Translations under genes and position numbers: made by a program | Notes under the pieces: model-generated | Told to the model about the DNA's origin: nothing | Seen by the model: the letters and a program-made list of their open reading frames with translations, nothing else | Database searches by the model: none | NCBI GenBank assembly: GCA_051294375.1 | Contig: CM119271.1 | Span: forward strand, 10,006,291-10,070,290 | Direction of reading: 5' to 3' | Source: Paraspadella gotoi | Lineage: Eukaryota > Animalia > Chaetognatha | DNA: 64,000 nucleotides | Shown here: piece after piece, positions 1 to 11,884 of the stretch | Layout: every line of letters starts with the position of its first letter | Numbering within the stretch: position 1 is the first letter of the stretch

Positions 1-538
1 TCGTCATGTTTTTGTGCCACTTGGACATTTGGCGATACATCACCTACAGGTTGAATGCATTTAAAAAGTAATAAAAAGGTTCCGGCTCTTTGAGTCGAGG
101 AGGTCAGAAACACGGTTTGCCAAAATAAAAAGACTAAAAAGCGGCTAAAATTGTCAATTAGAAGAAAAAAGCGGACATAATTCCTGACAAAATTCTCACC
201 AGGAATGCGCGCATCATTTCCTTGTGTCCCTGAGAGTTTTGTTGGATGACGACGCTTTGAAGTTCGTCGATGGAATCTTTGATGGGTTTCAAATCGATGA
301 CGTTGACGGCGCCACTTTCTCTACCGCCGGCGACGTCGCAGTTCCGACGGCGCCATCCACGCACCGGGCGCCCACGCACGACGGATGGGCGTGGCCTGGC
401 GCCGCTCGAGGAAGAAGCTTCATCGTCAACGGGCGAAGAGGAGGCGAACGATGAAGAGGAATAAAGCGCGAAACTGGCGAGGACGGAAAAAACGAGGGGA
501 AGCGTCAAGAAGAGCTGACGCGACGTTGGAGACGTCAT
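1..538 (-). CDS. Uncharacterised protein with hydrophobic N-terminus (signal peptide/anchor); 3' end runs off the window
   Basis: ATG at 538, hydrophobic LFLTLPLVFSVLASFALY, GTGAG donor near 200, TGTAG acceptor near 45 continuing as VMYRQMSKWHKNMT. Confidence 0.55.
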
Positions 539-766
539 GGTTGCTTATGGTGAAGCGAAAAGGCACATTGGTTGAGGAGCATCCATTGCCGAAATCGTCG
601 TCCAAAAGTTTTAAGAATTGCTGAAAGTCATGACGCGACTAAACGTCACGCGTATAAACGCTTCCCCCACTGAAGAATAACAAATCAAGAAACGGATAAT
701 GAATATCGACATCGACTTAATACTCGACACTATAAATTTAAAAAAACAAAAAAAACAAGACGTAAA

Positions 767-1373
767 TCATATCAACGAGTCTCTGTTCTTCATACGGTTC
801 GTCCCCCACAACGCCCTCTTCACGCCGCAAAGTCTCCCGTGATCCGCTTCCTCGCGGAACACGAACCGCGAGAGGCGCCAGGGCATAACTTTTCCGCGGG
901 CCCGTGACGTGATGGCGCAGCAGTCCGAGTATCGAACGGGATTGGTTCGACGGGGCAGAGCGTCCAGAGCCGACTTGGCCTCCTCGCGTAGGAAAGGGGG
1001 CAGGACGTGATGGGCCAGCATGAGGCCCTCGAGGCGGCGACGTTCCGGTGCCGCGCGGGCCGCGATCGCTCGGAACTTGACGTCACGACGCATTTTGCGA
1101 TCTTGGTAGCTTTTTATGAAAAGGGGAAAAAAAGGAGGGGGTGTGTGGGGTGAAGCCGGGATAGAATATCGACGTATATGCAAGTAAATATTCAGTTATT
1201 ATATATATAAAATATTAAATATATTCAATTATTCACCCTCTGATCTGCTGCTTCCCAAGGCAATCGCCATGCGCAACGATTCCCGCTCCCGTCGTTACGA
1301 AGATTTCAGATTTTAAAGTTAAACTGTGACAAACGCGCCGAGTCTGAGTCAGGATCGATTTCAAGATCGACAT
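767..1373 (-). CDS. MRPS14: Mitochondrial ribosomal protein S14 (2 exons)
   Basis: Spliced MSILKSILTQTRR...QQIRG/YQDRKMRRDVKFR; S14 motif CAITSRARGKVMPWRLSRFVFREEADHGRLCGVKRALW. Confidence 0.93.
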
Positions 1374-1658
1374 TTTGTTTTTCAGATTTCCTAACGGCCA
1401 GAAAAAAAAAACGGCGGATATTCAATACTGTGCAAAAAAAAAGAAAAAAGAAGCTGTTGGATTTTTAAAGAGAAGAAGAGAGAAAGAAAACCCTTCCCCC
1501 CCCCTCTTCCCTTCCAATCAGTTTTTCCTACTAAATCCATCGAATGCCTCGCAAGAATCGGATCCCAAAAATACGGGAGACGAAAATCGCGTTTTCTCTT
1601 TGTTTTTTTTATCATTTTCGAATAATTTAGAGACAAAGAGATAATGTATTTTTTTCTC

Positions 1659-2277
<619 letters not shown>

Positions 2278-2560
2278 TGTCAATAGAATTATTTAAATGT
2301 TTTATTTCATAAATTAACCGACTTATAAAAAATAAATAAATAAACCATCATCAAAATAAATTAGGCTTGATTATTATAAAAAAATTATACTAACTACAAA
2401 TTTTTTTTATTAATAAAATATATTCCCTTGGAACAACAGCACGTGAAGTGAAGTGAAGTAGCGCATAATTTAGGCAAAAGTCATTAATCACAAAATTAAA
2501 AACCACGAAACAGATCCAGAGTTCCATTTCGATACGAAGACTAACACCAACACTTCTCCG

Positions 2561-4079
2561 TCACCACAACGACGTCCGAGAAAACCTCCTGCTCCCGCCG
2601 CCCAACGATTGATCGAGCGAGAGGCTGCCGGATCCGGAAATCGCCGCCAACTCGGCCTTGATCCGACTAAGCTCCGTCTTGGGATAGAGGGTGGCGTAAG
2701 GCGCTTGAAGGCGGTAGGAAGACGACGTCGTCGTCGGCATCCATATGAAGGCGCTGGCGATGCTGCCGTCGAGAGGATCTGTTTTTTAATGGAGGAAGAG
2801 ATGACGTAATCATTAATCAAGATTTATGAAAAAATATTTTTCTTTTTTTTTTTCTTTTTTTTTAACCGGCGGGTCGAGGGACGGCGTTGACGATGGGAGC
2901 TCTCTCGGTTTTGGTCCAATCCCTGACGGGTGAGTCGTCGTCGTCGTCGTTATTGTTTTCTGATTCGAACTTATTTTCGTTTTCTTGTCTGGCGTCGTCG
3001 CCCTTCTCACGGATCCTTTCCATCTGGTCCACGCTGCTGTGAAAAGTCACTGATTTTTTCGGTGATTCCCAAGACGCTTTCCCCGATTGATCATCGAGGG
3101 GGGAACTAGAGCGTCGATCCCCGCTTAAGGAATCTTTTGTAATATTTGTTTCCCGTTCGACACAACTCGAACCCGCCCTTTCGATCATCCCGACTTCGTT
3201 CTGCGTCCCCGCGAACGCGAGCAGCTGCTGCTGTCGCTGATACATCGCCTCGTCGATACTGCTCGCTGCGTTGCCAGCGTTCTGTCTACCGACGAAAGGC
3301 TGTACCTGCTGCTGCCGTTGATACATCGCTTCATCGATGCCGCCCGGAGCGGCAAGCTCGAACGCTGCATCTACGGCGTCTAGACTACCGACGAAAGGCT
3401 GCAGCTGCTGCTGTCGCTGAAGCATCGCCTCGTCGATCGGCGATCGCTTTTTGTCCGGCGAACGAGGCGGTTCGTAAGGGAAAAACTTGACAACCCCGCG
3501 CTGGCCAGGGTTTTCGTCGAAAAAGCCGGAGACGATGTAGAACTGATTGTATTGAGGGATCGATTCGGTCAGACCGTAATGTTTCCTCAAAAACGGAATC
3601 AACTTGGTCGAGGGCCGATCGTAAGCGATGTGACGTGGCTTGAGATCCATTACACTGCAGCCTTCCAGCATGCGATCGAAGAGCCGCTTCCCGCGTCCCT
3701 GCCGCTGTCGCGACTCGTGCACGTAAAAGTCGAGCACGCAGAGCGGGCGCGTCTTGACGAGCTCCTCCCGCTCGTTGTGGAGGAAGAGATCCTTGGTGCC
3801 GACCTTGAGAAAGCCCAGCGCCGCGCCGCGACCGCCGTTGGCCGACGCGTCCTTGAGCACGAAGAGTTGAGCGTCGTCGCTGAGCAGAAATTTGTAGAGC
3901 ATCGTGACAGGGTGCGGCAGAGACTGCGCCACGGCGGAACCCTTGCCGAGGTGGTCGATGACCCGCTTGAACTTTTCCTTGATCACGCGATCGTTTTTCA
4001 GGCGGAGGTTCAACGATCGCGACTGAAAGTGGGTGATCTCGTCGGGGAACAAGGAATTAATGTCAAAGTCGAACTCCAT
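2561..4079 (-). CDS. ATAT1: Alpha-tubulin N-acetyltransferase (MEC-17), 2 exons
   Basis: MEFDFDINSLF start, GFLKVGTKDLFL, PLCVLDFYVHESRQRQGRGKRLF, AYDRPSTKLIPFLRKHY; spliced last exon ends SRTSLW*. Confidence 0.95.
3195..3440 (-). repeat. Three copies of coding repeat IDEAM(L/Y)QRQQQ in the ATAT1 tail
   Basis: Seen in the translation and as repeated ctgctgctgtcgctga DNA. Confidence 0.85.
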
Positions 4080-4243
4080 CGTAAGAGAGAAAACGGCGGG
4101 AAAATCCGAGATCGAAAAGTTGACGATCGAAAAATAATTTTCTACGATTAAACCAAAAACTAATGTCTCTGTCTCTATTTCTCCTACGAAGATAAAAAGG
4201 GAGACAAAAAAGTATTTTTTTTTTCGAGAAGAAGAATCGAACA

Positions 4244-5188
4244 TCAAGAAGAGGGAATTCTCTCGATGATCACGGGCGAGTCTTCCCGAGAGGCGGGCGG
4301 TCGAAGAAGCGGCGACTTGTGCCAAGTCTCCAAAGACTTGTTGACGACGATGTCCGCGCTGTCCGATGGGATCTTGTCCAGGAAGGCCAGCATGTCTTCG
4401 ACAAGGTTCATGGTGAGCAGAGGGCGTTTGTGGGTGAGCAGCACGGCAACGGCGACGTGGACGAGGATCATGCAAGATCCGGCGACGACTTTGTCCCAAA
4501 TCTTTTCCAAGGCCACGCTGGGAATGATGCCGGCGAAGCAGCCGCGAAACCACCTCGAGTAGGGCAGCTTGCGAAACAACTCGGCTCTATGGAGGTGATC
4601 GTAAAGTCGGTCGTCGACGTCTTGTTGCCGCAACTGCTTGATCAAGCAGTCGGGCAAAAGGTGGAAGCAGTCGTGGAAGCGATCCTGAAGAGTCTTGAAG
4701 AAGCAGACGGAAGCAAAAAAGGCGTCGATCTCCGCCTCAAAGGTCTCCCCCATGGCGTCGGAGATGAAGCAAAAAGGCTCGAGCTGCTCTTGATCGCGCA
4801 TCCTCATCACCGCATCGTCGTCCCCACGAAGCCCGAGCTTCCCTTCCTCCAAGAGAAACATCTTGAGAAAGAGAAGACTACGCGGAGTCGCGTCGACGAC
4901 AAGATCGAGGATTCGAAGGCACCCGCGGAGTTGCTCGAACTGTTGGCGCCGCATTTCGTCGACGAAGTCGTGGTTCACACGGTGCGGCGGCAGAACCGTC
5001 AGCGCGACCTTCCAGACGAGCGGCCGCAGCATCACGGGTACGGTGAACTTGAGGCAGAAAGCGGTGAGTTTCTTGACGTCGACGACGCCAGAGCTGAGGA
5101 TCGTCTCCAGCGACTTCTTTTCCTCGACGCCGCGAAAACCGACTTTGTCGTAGTATTGATTGCGAAAGTTTCTCTCTTCCGACGACAT
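4244..5188 (-). CDS. TBC1D7: TBC1 domain family member 7 (TSC complex subunit), single exon
   Basis: MSSEERNFRNQYYDKVGFRGVEEKKSLE, RPLVWKVAL, WFRGCFAG, IWDKVVAGSC. Confidence 0.95.
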   Translation of the reverse strand: MSSEERNFRNQYYDKVGFRGVEEKKSLETILSSGVVDVKKLTAFCLKFTVPVMLRPLVWKVALTVLPPHRVNHDFVDEMRRQQFEQLRGCLRILDLVVDATPRSLLFLKMFLLEEGKLGLRGDDDAVMRMRDQEQLEPFCFISDAMGETFEAEIDAFFASVCFFKTLQDRFHDCFHLLPDCLIKQLRQQDVDDRLYDHLHRAELFRKLPYSRWFRGCFAGIIPSVALEKIWDKVVAGSCMILVHVAVAVLLTHKRPLLTMNLVEDMLAFLDKIPSDSADIVVNKSLETWHKSPLLRPPASREDSPVIIERIPSS

Positions 5189-5320
5189 GGTCGATCGAGA
5201 CTGGATCCAAACTTCTCGATCCTTTTTGTTAATGAAAAGAATAATTTGAAAACAGAATTTCAAAATGGCACGAGTAAAAAACAAACGGGGTAAAACAATA
5301 AGTTAAACGATATATAACAT

Positions 5321-6758
5321 TCAAGGTTCGTCCCACAAACAAAGTTCTTTGTGTTTAGTCTGATAAGTGAAGTAGCGGCATTTTTGACAAGTTTTAATGC
5401 CGCATCGGTAATTGAGGAATTTTCCGGCCGAATCTTTTCCTCGACAGTATTTTAAGCCGCAGGGGTACCTGAAATAAAGGATAAGCTTAGAATGCACGGC
5501 ATAACGTAATTGGTTACTAAGTACTTTAATAAGTTAACAACCAGTTCACAACCACTTTAAAGTTTATCATCACATGAATAAGTTAAACGAACGAATATAA
5601 AGGGGCTCAAAGAAGAAAGTGACCGACTACAAAGCAAAAAATATCAACAGTTTCCCCCAAGTCTTTCCCCCACCTTCCCTTTTACTCCTCACCATCCGAC
5701 GCAAATCTCCCACTGGCAGAAGCAGGCGGCGCCCCAGTCCCTGACGTCTCGACACTTGGGCTCCGTGTCGACGTAAGGATTGGCGGCGGCGCGGGTGGCG
5801 TTGAGAAGAGGGATGAGTCGGGCGGCGGCGGCGAGGCGCTCGTAGTCCTTGTTGAGAATTTTGGCCAAGAGGCGGAGGTCCTGATCTCGGACGTAGGTGG
5901 ACCCGTCGGCTTCGGCGCAGAGCCGAGGGATGTGCGGGGAGATGAAGGCGGAACGGGAGACGTCGACGAGAGAGTCCATGAGGAAGGTCTCCAATCCTTT
6001 GTCCTCCTCGGGACGACGGATAGCGCCCGGGTTCTTCTGGCGCAACTTGGACATAGCGTCGGCCGAGATGAAGTCGCTCTTGGAGAGACGGATCACGTGA
6101 CAGAGAACCTGGGAAAATGAAATGAGAATAGAACGTTAATATATATTGTAGCAAGGAAATGTTTTGAAATATTAATTCTGATTTTTTTTTTCCCTAGATT
6201 TTTTCACACTATGGCAATTAATATAAAATAATTTAAGATAATACTCTTTTAAGGAAACACGTCACCAACTAATCTGGACAAACTTTTAATTCCGAGAAAT
6301 TATTCTGCAAAGAAGTCGATAAAATTTAATCTCCGCTTTGATAACGTTCTTACAGCAAATAACGTGAGATTCTCCTACATTGTTTATCGAATAAATAAAA
6401 CATTAAACTAAACGAGGCCGTTTCAGCAAGGATTAAGCCAATTTAGCATAAGCCTCGACCAACTTCTCACCTGATACGCGTCTCCCCGCTGACCTCTCTC
6501 CTCCTCTCCCATAGTTATCATCCTAAAGATTTGAACTTCGGACGCGAAGTCTATGAGTTGCGTGATGAGCGACCCGTCGGGACGGAGAAATTCCAGCGTC
6601 ACCGTGTCCTCGGTGGTGTTGGCACCGATGCCCTCCTGCAGCACGTCGCCGCCGCTGTTGCGGACGTTGACGACGAGTTGGGAGCAGGAGACGCCGAGAG
6701 TTGCCGTTAACAAGAAGAGTAGCAGCGGAGGCGTGGGAGGGGGAAAGGACGGTTTCAT
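5321..6758 (-). CDS. OAF: Out at first protein homolog (3 exons)
   Basis: Signal peptide, QLVVNVRNSGGDVLQE, DFISADAMSKLRQKNPGAIR, spliced C-terminus WYPCGLKYCRGKD...RCGIKTCQKC...CLWDEP*. Confidence 0.93.
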
Positions 6759-7127
6759 CGTTTTAATGCTAAAGTTGTCTATCGCGCAGCGACTGAGTAT
6801 TTCTTGCCAGCGAACGGCGGCGCCAGCGGAAACGAGCATAGATTTGAATAAAGCACTAGGAAAACAAAAAGAGTGAACAACAGCCGAACTAACAAAAGTC
6901 AACGAAGTCGGTCGAGAGAGAATGAGAGAGTGAGAAAACGACTCGACATTTATCGCAATCGAAAAACTCTCGAGATGAAAAATAAAAGCTTATATTATAT
7001 TTTATATAAATTATCGTTTTTACCATAAAAAAAAAAATACGTTGCTTAAAATATTACGCCGAATGTCATTTAACTCTAAATTCGCATTCTCAATCCTACT
7101 AAATTGTAATCTTTAAACAAAAGAGCA

Positions 7128-7916
7128 TCAAACCGCCCCGCGCCCCGACTTTTTCACAGAGTTCATCCTCTTTTCTAAGAGCCTCTTCTCGTTCATCATC
7201 GCCGCTCGCTTCACCCGCCGCGCCGCCTCTTCCGGGGTTTCTTCCTTGGGCGTGGCAGCTTGTTCCGCCTCCCGGATGTAATGGCGAATGCGGTCCAGGC
7301 AGTCCGCCTGATTCAACATCTGATTCCGAGTTCTTTCGCTGGTGATCACAAACTCGTTGGCTTTGTTCACCCGATTTTTTTGCATTTCTACGAAAGTTTT
7401 CTGAGGAGGAGAAAAGGAGGGAGAGATAGAAATAGATGGGGGGAAAAGACAGAGATAAAAATATCTCACCTTTATCCAAACGGGAATCCAGTCCGCCTCG
7501 TCTAAACTAAATCTAACTTCGACTTTAGTGTTGGAGGTGTTGACGCTCTGACCCCCGGGACCCGAACTCCGCATCGACTTGATTTTAAGGGCGTTTATCG
7601 GGATGTAGCCTTTTTGACGTTGGATCGAAGAATATTAAAAACTTAAAATTCGACAAATGACGCGAAGGTTTAAAGACTCACCCGAAAAACTCTCCCGCTT
7701 TTCGCCCGAGTAAGTCTTCGCGTAGAGATGATCAGTGGAGGTTGCGACGTCCGCAGCTCGACTCCCGGGATAAACGTCGTCGATAGAGTAACGACTTTTA
7801 AAAGCTGCGGAAAGTGAGGGCGTCGAGACGAAGAGAGATCGATGATGATGGGGCTGCCTCGTCGAGGAGATCGCCCTGAAAAGTGGGCGAAGAAATCGCG
7901 GCGCCGCGGAGTTCAT
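7128..7916 (-). CDS. MRPL58: Mitochondrial peptidyl-tRNA hydrolase ICT1/mL62 (3 exons)
   Basis: RSSGPGGQSVNTSNTKVEVRF (GGQ motif), ITSERTRNQMLNQADC, basic C-terminus. Confidence 0.93.
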
Positions 7917-8100
7917 GGCGGCGGGCGAGGGGCAGCGGCGGCGGGCTTATTGTTTGGATGTCGAGGGCGCGGGGCCTTTGATGACGCGAAAGCTGGTGGA
8001 TTCGCAGGATCGTGCCTATTTTATTCGGGATTTTAGAGAATGAAAAAAAAAGAGGAGGGGGGGGGAAATCGAAATTGAAGATTTAATTCCCTGCGGAGAA

Positions 8101-8474
8101 TTAGAATTCTAAGCCTAAGGCTGAGGAGGTTCTCGAGTTTACCTTTCCTATCAACTCGGCCTCGATCGCTTTGTTGATGTTCTTCGAAACTTCCTTCTTT
8201 CGTTGAGACTGTAACACGGCCTTGGATTTTTTCGCCTGGAAACGATGGGACGAACAAGATAAAAAAAAAAATTCAAGCTTTGCTTTGTTTCTTTTTGTTA
8301 AAAAAAAAAGAGTGAAATTCAATCTTTTTCGTGTTCCACTTTTTTTATCTTTTTTTTCACCTTAAGGTCGCGAGGTCCTTTTTTCAATCCGAGGTTTTTC
8401 TTGTTGGGATTCTTTTGTTTTTGCTTCGAATTTTCTGGCGCTTTAACCTTCGTTTTTAATTTCCCTTGAGCCAT
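8101..8474 (-). CDS. C19orf53: C19orf53 / Leydig cell tumor 10 kDa protein homolog (UPF0390), 2 exons
   Basis: MAQGKLKTKVKAP...LKKGPR, second exon KKEVSKNINKAIEAEL. Confidence 0.8.
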
Positions 8475-8908
8475 TACAAAGGAATCATTGAATCGGCCCA
8501 AAATAGTTTTCTATAGCCTATTTCAAAAGTATAACATTTATTTCGCGAAATGAGTAAATAATTGTAAATAATTCCATGAGACCGACATTTATTATAGTTA
8601 CTTCGACATGTAACGGTGAAGTCCCCCTCCAACAAAATAAACATAAAAGAGAACCGAAAGATTTTGGTATGAGAGTAAATGAATGGGCGTCCGTATTTGT
8701 CAGAACAGAAACATAAAATTAAAAAAAAAAAAAAACATCGATAAAAAATTTGGATAGATTTAGGTAATTTCTGGGATGCAAGGAAGTAATACAAAAAAAA
8801 AATCATTTAAAATTTTGCGCGATTATTCTTGTTTAGTACCATTTAATTTTTCATTCTTTCCCCCACCAGGGGGGGCGATTCTTGTCATTTTCTCCAACAG
8901 ACCGCGTC

Positions 8909-9861
8909 TCAAACCCCCGTCTTGATAACAAAGTACAAATCTGCGACGGCGACGACGGTGGCGACGACGACGCCGACGAGAGCCTCGGCGGCGAGGTTCG
9001 GCTCCGGCATCGAGTAGCGCGTCGCGAAAAACCCGAAGACGAAGGAGGCGGCGACGGTGAGGACGACGTTGACGACGATGATGAGGCCGCGGGAAGACGA
9101 CTTGACCGCCTTGGCGTATTCCGTCGACAAGTCCGCCGTCGTCGAGACGGTGGTGTTGGAGACGTCGGACACCTTTGGGGTGGGGGGGGGATGGGAAAAC
9201 AAAAACAAAATATCCACGGATTAAAAAACAATCAAAATGTCGGCGGATGAGAAGACAAAAACATTATTAAATAAATTGTAAATATTTTGTTTGTTTTTTT
9301 GTCTTCACTAAATAAAATGGTGAAGGATCATTAATATGATAAAGAAGAAAGAGAATATGGCTACAAAACATTCACAGATGAAAAAAAAAAAATTCACTGA
9401 TGAGAAAAGAAATCGATACAAATTTTAACAAATGTAGAACAAACGTTTTAAACAAAATGTGTTAAAAGTCCGTAACCCACCATTCTCTGATAATCCCTCT
9501 CTCGTTGCTCTCGCTCGAGGCGACGACATCTCGCCTCCAACTCGGGGTTTCTCTCTGGTTTAGGCAGTGGAGGAATGTGCAAAGAAGATCCGCTGAGAAG
9601 TTCGTGGAGGTAGCGACACCGGACTCGTTCGTCGACGCTCTCCGTCGCCCCATTCTCCGAATTCTGGAGTTTTTCGTGGAGCCAACGGATCGTTTTGAAG
9701 GGAATCGTGGCCTCGCCGCTTTTCTCGTTTTGTTTCGAATACTTTTTCAATTCTGTCCTCTGCGTGGCGCTCAACGCGTCGCCCATCGCCAGTCCCATGC
9801 GCACGTGATCGGCGATAACGGGCGTCAAACGTACTTCCGGTTCCGTCAAGCGGAACCCCAT
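8909..9861 (-). CDS. TMEM199: V-ATPase assembly factor Vma12/TMEM199 (2 exons)
   Basis: YLHELLSGS, PERNPELEARCRRLEREQRERDYQRMV, two TM helices, VAVADLYFVIK. Confidence 0.9.
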
Positions 9862-9946
9862 GGTTAAAAAAATATTTTCAGAACCGGGGACTGGTTAAAT
9901 AACTGGAAACTAACATCGATTTACAATAAAAAAAAACACAAATGAA

Positions 9947-11731
9947 TCACAATGACTTTGCGGCCTCGGCTCTGACGATGTTGATGAGATCGACATTTAT
10001 AAGGAAGATGAATCTGAGTCCCGCGATTTCGACGACGGCGTTGTTGGAGAGTTTGTACTTGGCGCCGATGGCCACGGGTTTCCCGTCAACGTAGATGGCG
10101 CGCTGGCCTTCGTTGGACACGAAAAAGTCCCCGTTGTTCTTGAGTTTTATGATCCCCTGACGGCGAGAGACTTTCCAAGCGGGACCCTCGAGGGAGAGAT
10201 CCACGTCGATCTGGTTGTCTTTAGTAGCGCGACCTGGAAATCGGTTTGTTCATTTGTTTAAAATTTTTTGTTCCGTATTCGTTAATTTTTAATTCCTTTA
10301 TGGAATCTTAATTCTATATCGGTCCGCCTCGCCACGAAATGCCCCTTTTTTTCGCGATCTATCGACTACCGCGAACAAAAGGGCATTTCGTGGCGAGGCG
10401 GACTGATATGAGAATTTAAACGATGCAGGATGTCAATGAAATTGAATCAATAATAAAATAACCAAAATATTTTTTTTTCACTCACCAATGGTAATCTCTC
10501 TCGATCTCATGAGATAGCGCACGAGTCGACCTCTCAGCACCGCCAGGGTTTGACTATCGAATTCAGGCGGGGAAACGCCCGTAACGGCGTCCACCAACAC
10601 TTGCCATCTCGGCAACTCCGCCTCTAAGCGACGAATCTCCTTTTTTTGTCTACGATCGGAGACGGAAAACTCGTGCTGCAACGCCTCGTCCGGTGGATCC
10701 TTAAACCATCAACAAAAGATCGATGCACGATCCTCTTTTTCATGATTAAATGAACAAAGAGTTTACTTGAAGTTCGGCGTCGTCTATGGCGTCTTCGGCG
10801 TCGGAAAAGTTGAGGACGTGATCTCCTTTGGGCAAAGGTTGGACGGTTTGATCGGGGAGAAGGTGGTACATTTTCATGCCGATCCAGTGGTTCTGAGACA
10901 GAATTATCAGTTTTTAATTTAACAAGAATATCATTAAAACGATTATAAGTACTATAAAATTACTTGCAAAGACTTGGCCGTCCGTCCCCGATGAAAGACG
11001 TCCGGATGTCGATCGAGAATCTCCTGAAAAATCTCCAAAGTGGGCGACGCCGTCGACGCCATCTTCCCCAGCAACGCTTCCTCCGCCTCGCTGAAGAGAG
11101 CCTTCCTGTGAATCTCGGCCACCGTGTCCGGGTGGAGCTTCTTCATGGCGGCGACGGCCAATTGCGAGATGACGGGATCGTAGAGCAGGGAGTGCCATCT
11201 CTCCTGAATCTCTTTGAGGCCGAATTTGCAAGAGAACTTGACGCCGGTGTGGACCATCTGGAGGTCGCGGGTCTGCTCGACGCCGGAGACGAGGAGCATG
11301 TCGTCCTGCGGCTTCCACCTGCCCAGATCCTTGACGGCGGCGGCGGAGGAGACGAAGAGTTTCTTCTTTGTGCTTTTCTTGGAGGAGGATTTTTTGGTGG
11401 CGGAAGAGGATTTGACGAGACGCTTCTCTTCCGAGGGGCGGGTGGGGGTAGAGGTGGAGAAGGTGGAAGGGTTGCCTGGGGGTATTAGGAAGAGCTTAAT
11501 TGATTGATGATTGATGATATAAATTAACGCGTCATTGGAATATGAAACAATGTTTTATTTAACAAATTATAAATAGAGATAAAATATCAGCTCCAGAGAT
11601 CCTTCAAGCGTCTAGCATCCCCACTTTAACTCACCATGTCTCGAAGATGTGGAAGGGCCGTTCGAGCTTGCGGCGGGCGAATTCAAGCTGTCGACGGACG
11701 CTGAAGATTTTTCCGATTGCATTTTCATCAT
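9947..11731 (-). CDS. MCRS1: Microspherule protein 1 (FHA domain; INO80/NSL subunit), 5 exons
   Basis: VHTGVKFSCKFGLKEIQERWHSLLYDP, LAVLRGRLVRYLMRSREITIG, DLSLEGPAWKVSRRQGIIKL. Confidence 0.95.
10316..10409. repeat. Near-perfect ~40 bp-arm inverted repeat in an MCRS1 intron (mini-MITE or hairpin RNA)
   Basis: atatcggtccgcctcgccacgaaatgccc...gggcatttcgtggcgaggcggactgatat. Confidence 0.9.
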
Positions 11732-11884
11732 GAAGAGAAACAGTCATTCAAGGTTTCGCCCAAAATATATAAGCACTACTATAAAAGAATAACATTTAAG
11801 AACAAAAAAAAAATACTAACGATATAACGATAAAAAATATGTAATATGAAGCGTATTTGTAACAAATATATCACAAGCGATCGT

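Noticed and set aside
2862-4553. 563-aa ORF extending ATAT1 upstream into TBC1D7, suggesting a fusion
   Set aside because: The extension is in a different frame from TBC1D7 and crosses low-complexity spacer; ATAT1 has its conserved MEF start at 4079.
4319-5293. Long plus-strand ORFs (also 3552-4151, 19811-20566, 24823-25725, 43411-44160)
   Set aside because: Antisense shadows of GC-rich minus-strand exons with no recognisable motifs.
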